Under the pieces are notes generated by a model that saw only the letters and a list, made by a program, of their open reading frames with translations, ran no database searches and was not told the origin of the DNA. Positions 57,861 to 64,000 of a stretch of DNA of 64,000 nt are shown piece by piece. Positions within the stretch are counted from its first letter, which is position 1; each line of letters starts with the position of its first letter. The DNA lies in contig DF237337.1 of NCBI GenBank assembly GCA_000708835.1, forward strand, positions 10,904 to 74,903, read 5' to 3'. Source of the DNA: Klebsormidium nitens (Eukaryota > Plantae > Klebsormidiophyceae). Made by a program: the position numbers and the translations under genes.

Positions 57861-59036
57861 CCGCTAGTGCGAGATTCCACCGAGTCGATGATCAAAGGTG
57901 AGCTTTTCTATTCTGACTTTGACACCTCCCCACCTTTCGAAAAAGATCCTTCGATCAAGATTTCGCGATCTCGGGGGAGCGTTCTCTACCGCAGCCATCC
58001 TTCGCATCAGAAAGAGAGCTTCGCACTGAGAGACACAAAAACCGACCATCGGTGCGACTCACAACGGCGGATGCTACAATTTTCGAAGGCGATGAATTCT
58101 AGTAAGCTTTGAAAAATTCCGCCGATGTCGACTTAGTCCACAGCAGGCGCCGTCACTACGGCAGAATCGGTGCTTTTAAAAGAATCTTGCACTGCGAATT
58201 CCTTAATGTCTGTCTTAAAACCGCAGCCCTGCTTCTGAGCGGAGCCGTGCTTTTTGACTTTTGTTTTTATAGACGTCATTCTCTGTCATGACCCACTTCC
58301 TCGGCCGCCGCCCGCAAAAGATGGAGACGGCGCGCGGCCGCCTTTGGACCATATAATCTGGGCGGCCGCGCCTAAGGTGGGCACCTGCGCGCGCCCAAAA
58401 CCCTGGCTGACTTGTCCGTTGACATCCCTCGCGGCCGCATGGCGCTTCGCGGCTCTCGGCCACGGCAAATCAATTGGATGTTTCACTAGTACCTCGGACG
58501 AGACGAATCTCCGATCCTCGAGGCTGTCCATGGAAACTGTACGGCTGCCGCCCAACAAAGCCCCTTTCAAGCAGCAGAAGTTTTGAGGCGCGAGAAGATT
58601 TGCGGTGCTTGAGAGGATACGAGAAGCAGCAAATGAAGCTCATTTCTGATGAGGCAGATCGAGTCTGTGGCCTTTGATTCCCCCTTTCTTTCCAAGAGTA
58701 CAAGAGTTGCCCGAGGCATCAGGTACCTGAACGAGAAATTCAACAGGCGACGTTTTCTTTTTCTCACACTCTACACTCACGATCCATCAGTGTACCTTAG
58801 CGCGGCCATAATCTGCGAGCTATGAAGATTTGAACAACTGGCAACGTGCCACTCTAGTACAGCCTTAGCCTGACGCCGCATGAATACACACTATCGGCCT
58901 CATTAGAAAAGCAGGATTGCTGCCTCCAGTCACTCTCCGTACTCAAGTCCCACCTCTCTGAGTCCCAAACATTGTCCATACAAGATGAATTCTACAATTT
59001 CTGAAAAACTATACGTTCTTTGCACTTCCAATCTGC

Positions 59037-59261
59037 TTAAGGCCCCGAAGCTTGCGTCAGCGAAAGGCGCGTATCATATAGCAATCGCAGACTGGTCGGC
59101 AATGACTCTCCTTCTTCGGTGGTGGAATACCTGGTGCCGCCATTGAAAAATGCACATTCTATTTGAGCTCCTTGACTGCACGTTTGAAATCGCTCCGCTT
59201 GTCCTCTTCTTCTTGCCGGCCACTCGGCCTCTAGAGATTGATAGAGTGTGAAAGTTAGCAT
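59037..59261 (-). pseudogene. Probable third, more diverged copy of the same unknown coding sequence
   Basis: CCTTCTTCGGTGGTGGAA (59110) and CGGCCTCTAGAGATTGA (59225) match copy 2 at 52289 and 52410, with offsets differing by an in-frame 6 nt. QSLEAEW...(35 aa)...TTEEG..LP versus QALDAAETW...(35 aa)...TSEEG...LP. Confidence 0.4.
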
Positions 59262-62200
59262 GAATATCTTAATCCTTGTGTTTTATGTTGGTATGTATCT
59301 CCCGAGTCCTTCGCTGAAAGGTGGGCTTGGTTATACAAATGAAGTACTATCTCAATTCCAGAGATGTACTCTGCTTAAAAACGTGCGCCTTCGGGCCTTC
59401 AAAGAGACGCGCGAAGCGTGCTATTAAAGCCTTTCTTGAGGTGCTGCACCTAGAGACTCTCCAAATTATGCACTGCTTAGAAACCTGGACGAGAGAAGGC
59501 ACGCGTTCAATCAGAACTTACAAGGCCCAGTGCACGATATGTCTATTCCGGTTGACCAGGTTGTTCTTCTACGTCCACACGCAGCCAAAGTGGGATCTTT
59601 TCTGAGCGTGTAAATTTGGCCGGTCGCGGCAAACGGTGTGGGGCTGCGCCTGAGGCGGCATCGCCCCAAATCAGTCGGCTTGCACCTCTTCTGCGGCCAC
59701 CGCATGTTCCTCCTTCCTTTTGGGGCGTGCTCACGAGTGCTAGAATTTGGTACGTGTATGTACGTATGATAAGGCACCTCTGGCAAGCGAAATCAACCGT
59801 TTTGCGTTTCTCCATTGTACGATCTTGCAGAATAAGTACGCTGAAGATTCTGGGGCTTATGCTGATGTGGGCTGTTCTCGTATTGACCGCTCGTCACAGA
59901 GCGTCCGTTTTGAATTTCAGTGGCAGCGATGCTGGAAATTTCATGGGAGACGCCAGCGAGGTCTCATTTGCCGCCTCAGTCCTGAAGTCGCACATCCATA
60001 AAAAGCTACTTTGACTTCTGTAGCCCCTATTTGAGGTCCATATTTCTGCATGAAACATCAAGTGGGCAGTGACCTTTCTAGGGCAATGATTGACATCTGA
60101 GTTTCGGCAACACGAAATCAGTGGCTGGCGGCCGCCACTCAGACGCCGCCACTATTACACGCTGAACGTCCGTGACGCCAAAAGAGATATTAATTCCCAC
60201 CTATAGAGGAAGCATAAAGTTAATTGCATGCAGTCTACTCGCATGCACCCAAACATACTCAAGTAAGTTTCTGACGGGGGATTGAAAAGCAATTTCTAGC
60301 AACATGGGCTTCGTAGCAGGGTTTTTTTCGAGCCTCCCTGACGGTTCCTGGTCTGTACAAATCACATCCTTTATGAGCTTTTCAGCCGCAAAGAAGCGCT
60401 CGCGAGGTGACTTTGGAAGCAGAAAGTGTTCAAGCAGGCTTGCCTACAAGCGCACGTGGAGAAGCTGGAGTACTGTCTTTCAGTGGCAAGGAAGAGGTAA
60501 AGAAGTGTATGGCAGTCAACGTGTCAAAGACCTTCACAAAACTCCTATCCGAAGCCAGGAATGTCCCGGAACTTCGTCACCGCTCAAATGCCTTCACGAT
60601 GCAAACTCTCAAGAACTCCGCTCACTTAGCACTTCCGACGCTTCCAAGTGTAGCTTCCACATATCTTTTAAAGACCGCCACAATATTAATCGCAATATAG
60701 AGACGCACAGAGAGACGTACATATAAAGAATCTGGACAAGTTCATTTTATGACGCGTTGACACTTTCGCCCGTTGCTTCCTGTTAGTACAGAAAGCAAGC
60801 CTCGACCGGCGGGCCCCGTACGTTATTTGCGCTTTTCTCACGTTGACCGGAAAGCATACGCTATGGGGGTCTTAGAAGATGGCGGTGGCCATGACAAGCT
60901 CATTTGAAAGCATTCAATATTCATGATACGTTGTAGGCTGCAAAAGTCCACAGACTAGTTGCTGACCTAGTTCGATTGCTTGGCTTGCCGTCCGCTTGCC
61001 AAAGAATATTCTGCACTTGGCAAAGCTGAGCGAATCAGCTTTTGACAGACTTCGACGGAAAGTGTTGGACGTCCGACGATGGTGAGCTTCAAGGCTGGAC
61101 TGTAGCCAAAGGCGCTCCTTATCTGTGTGCCCAGCTTTCAAAAGGCTCGAAGACAAGGATCTTATAAATTTTCACCCGTTTTTGCGCCCCTGCTGGCGAA
61201 GGCGTCTGCTCCTGATCACCATCATCTTCACATCAAACCCTTAGCGGTCGGTCAGGTAGAGGAAGGAAGGTCACACGTACGGAAATGCTTGCTGAATCTT
61301 CTCTTTCTTTGCCAGTCGCACGCACCTTCGGGCTTTTCGGCTTGAGATCGGTAATGATGAAGGAAGTTGGCGGCTTTGCCACACAGGCCATTTGCGTACA
61401 TTCCTCGAAGCCATGGAGAGGCATTAAGCACATAATATACTACCCCGGTTCAGTCTCGCTTTTTAGATTGCGACTTTGAGTTCTGAACAGGTTGACGAAG
61501 TGTCTCTTGGGTGCTTTGCCGTGTGTGTATTTCTGCATTGACTTGTTGTCACGTCTCGCGGTACATGACCGTACTGGTGAGGGATGGACAGAAGGCTTTG
61601 TTACTAGTCATAGCACTTCTCTCGCCCTCTCTTTGATACTCTGCGAAGTTAGAGACTGCACTTAGTTCACCACAGAGCACCGTTCGAGCCCCGTTCTAAG
61701 TCGTGATCGATCTCCCTAGACGATCACACCGGCGTTTTACAACCTAGCGCCGGGCCCGGGCAGTGAAGGACCGGAAAGATCACGCAGTCTTTGGCAGCAC
61801 GCCGCCAAGCATTATATTTCAGTGGTACGCATGGACAGCTGATGCCGCAGCCGTTTCGCACAAGCCATGCGCACTTTCAATTCATGCCCAACGTTGGACG
61901 CCATGCTACCTTTGTCATCGCCTTCCGTTGATCACGTTCCGGTGTACAGCTTCGACTTTATACAACAGCCGGACAACTATCTTTGATCAATAACTTGGCA
62001 GAAACCTTTGACGCCAACCGTCAAAGGTGGTCTACCGCGCACAGCCGCTACGGCGCCAGGGGATGGTTCCTTTTGACATCGGACATGCGCGAGCGCGCGG
62101 CGCCGCGCCCCAGGTTTGGCGGCGCGACCGACGTTGCATGCGCGTCTTGCGCAACCGCGCGCACCGCGTCGCGCATGCTCGTGCGCGCGCGCAGCCGCCG

Positions 62201-63944
62201 GCCACCTTCTCGGGGAAATGCAGGAGTTTACTCATGTGTTGGTAATCAAATTCCAAAGGACGTGCACAACAGCCTGGATATGCTGTGCAATCCTCCAAAT
62301 TGCTTGGGCAGTGGTCTGCCGCTCCTTATAACGTCGCACGCCATGCGAAGTTCTGATAAGTGTTAGCACGTTGAAGGCACGTCTATTTGTTGGATCCTTG
62401 TAGCGCATCTCGGGTAGTTGAGCTTTTTGGAAGAAATCTCTCTCGCGGTACTGCATCGCGCGCCCAACAACGGCGGACGAGAAACAAGGGCAGGGCAGAG
62501 CCTTAACTTAGAGAAACTTGAAATACTTTACTCGTGTCGAAAGTTCACGTGGGCGGTGGCAATGACTTTGTCTCCTGGATAACATGGCAACTTGCCAAGG
62601 GAAGGTCTCAGGAGGAGGCCTCTTCGTATTGCGTACCCTTTATCGCGTTTGCATCTGCTCGAACGCATCGAACCTGATTGGTCCCTTTGTAGGTCAATCA
62701 TCTAGCCACTACAACTTTTACGAAGTCCGTACAATGAGACCCCCGTCGAGATCTCCTCTAAACCCGCGTTTTGTCAACTCCAAGTAAGTTTCTGTTAGCT
62801 CTTCCTATTTGCGCCCTGCACAGACCAGGGGGTTGGCTGAAGTGGAAACGGTACGAATGTTCCATCCTGCGACAAGCAGTGGGCATCAAGGCCTGCCGAA
62901 TCTGCTGGTGGCCATGATAGAGTCGACGGCAGCACGCCAAAGCTCCGCCTCGTGGAATGACGCCGCGCAGCAAATCTCACATAATTCACTAGTCCTCTGC
63001 AAGCAGTACGTAAAGACCTTGACTGAAAGCATGCTGAAAATAGCGAAAGCGGGCCAAAGTTTCCTCTGTGATGACTGTTCGCGATTGTTGCCGTACTATC
63101 CCCGTCTTCTTTTGTACATCCTTCTGGTTTGACGCGTCAAGTAACCGCCTCAGGGATCCAAGTCAAGACGAGCGAAGCGTTCGTGTGATATTAAAAGCGC
63201 GGTGGCAATGACGACTCCACGCCAGATGGTGGTGCAAATTGCATGCACCGCCAGCAGGATAAGTACGGTCGGGTCGGCGAAGCCTGTGCGGCTTATGCGA
63301 ATTTTCATATGCGCACTCATAAGCGTACCAACAAGGTAAGGCGCCGGAGCTTGAACTATCTCCTGTGGACCAGATTAGCGGGCCCCTGCTGCCAATCAAA
63401 CACCAAAAAAGGTGTCGAAATGACGTCCCGCAGATTTCGTTTTTAAGACTGCTTGGGGGCGTAGTTTTATGCCAATATGGATCCAGGCACTGGGCAGCTA
63501 GCTAGGGAGAAGGTTGGCCGCGGCCTTAAAGATTCTTGTGCGGCCATCATGCATAGCGCGCAGATCCCACTTGGAGTCCAAAAAACGTAAGGCTCCAGAT
63601 TTCTTCAACATGTATATGGCAGTCAAGAAGATTGAGTTTCGATGCAGTTTGCACCAATATATTAATACCAATATATCCTCCAACTCTAGGAAGCCTAGGA
63701 TTCCAGATCGTTGAGATTTGTAATGACTGAATGCTTGTCATCTGGCTGTGCAGCTTCTGCAACTACTAGAGGAAAGTTTGTTCGTACTACGTCAGTGAAG
63801 GCTCGATCTATTCAAAGCAATCACTGGCGGGCTCATATTGTAACCGTCCTTTGACTGCAAGTACCCCGCAACGCCAGGTCACGAAGTAGCCCCTATGTCA
63901 AAAGTCTAGCTAGACTTATCCTGCCATCCACAACTGCTTATAAC

Positions 63945-64000
63945 CACAGGGCGGCTTGGCTCCAAACCGGAGCTCAACAGGGGCCGAACCGGAGCATTCC
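63945..64000. mobile_element. Second copy of the same MITE, cut by the window end
   Basis: CACAGGGCGGCTTGGCTCCAAACCGGAGCT is identical to 54685-54714, followed by diverged CAACAGGGGCCGAACCGGAGCATTCC. Confidence 0.85.

Noticed and set aside
63200-63760. Minus-strand fragment LDCHIHVEEIW resembling Helitron CHINVE
   Set aside because: Single short motif with no adjacent KYxxK or helicase motifs, and multiple stops.

Overview
Eukaryotic, intron-rich nuclear DNA with GT-AG introns and plant-type proteins. It also carries a ciliary WD40 gene and a betaine-lipid enzyme, which points to a flagellate-lineage green alga or charophyte (Klebsormidium-like; inference). Bases 1-45.4 kb hold nine protein genes whose exons I assembled by hand and checked for splice phase: the 3' part of importin-9 (+), an intronless F-box/LRR gene (-), a stand-alone BtaB-type half of betaine lipid synthase (-), a class-V PLP enzyme of the VC1184 type (+), CTF8 (-), PP5 (+), sphingolipid Delta4-desaturase (-), a CFAP52-like WD40 protein (-) and peroxisomal enoyl-CoA hydratase 2 (+). 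Bases 45.5-64 kb contain no intact gene I can recognise. They hold a palindromic CMC/CACTA-type MITE (one full copy, one cut by the window end), two clear and one probable decayed paralog of an unknown gene, a possible RelA/SpoT-like nucleotidyltransferase pseudogene, and GC-rich islands. The most striking unexplained pattern is repeated 'echoes' of exon ends, with their splice sites, inside introns of three unrelated genes. In PP5 the echoes differ from the exon mainly at third codon positions. No CRISPR array, rRNA or convincing tRNA was found. No database searches were run, so family names come from recognised motifs.
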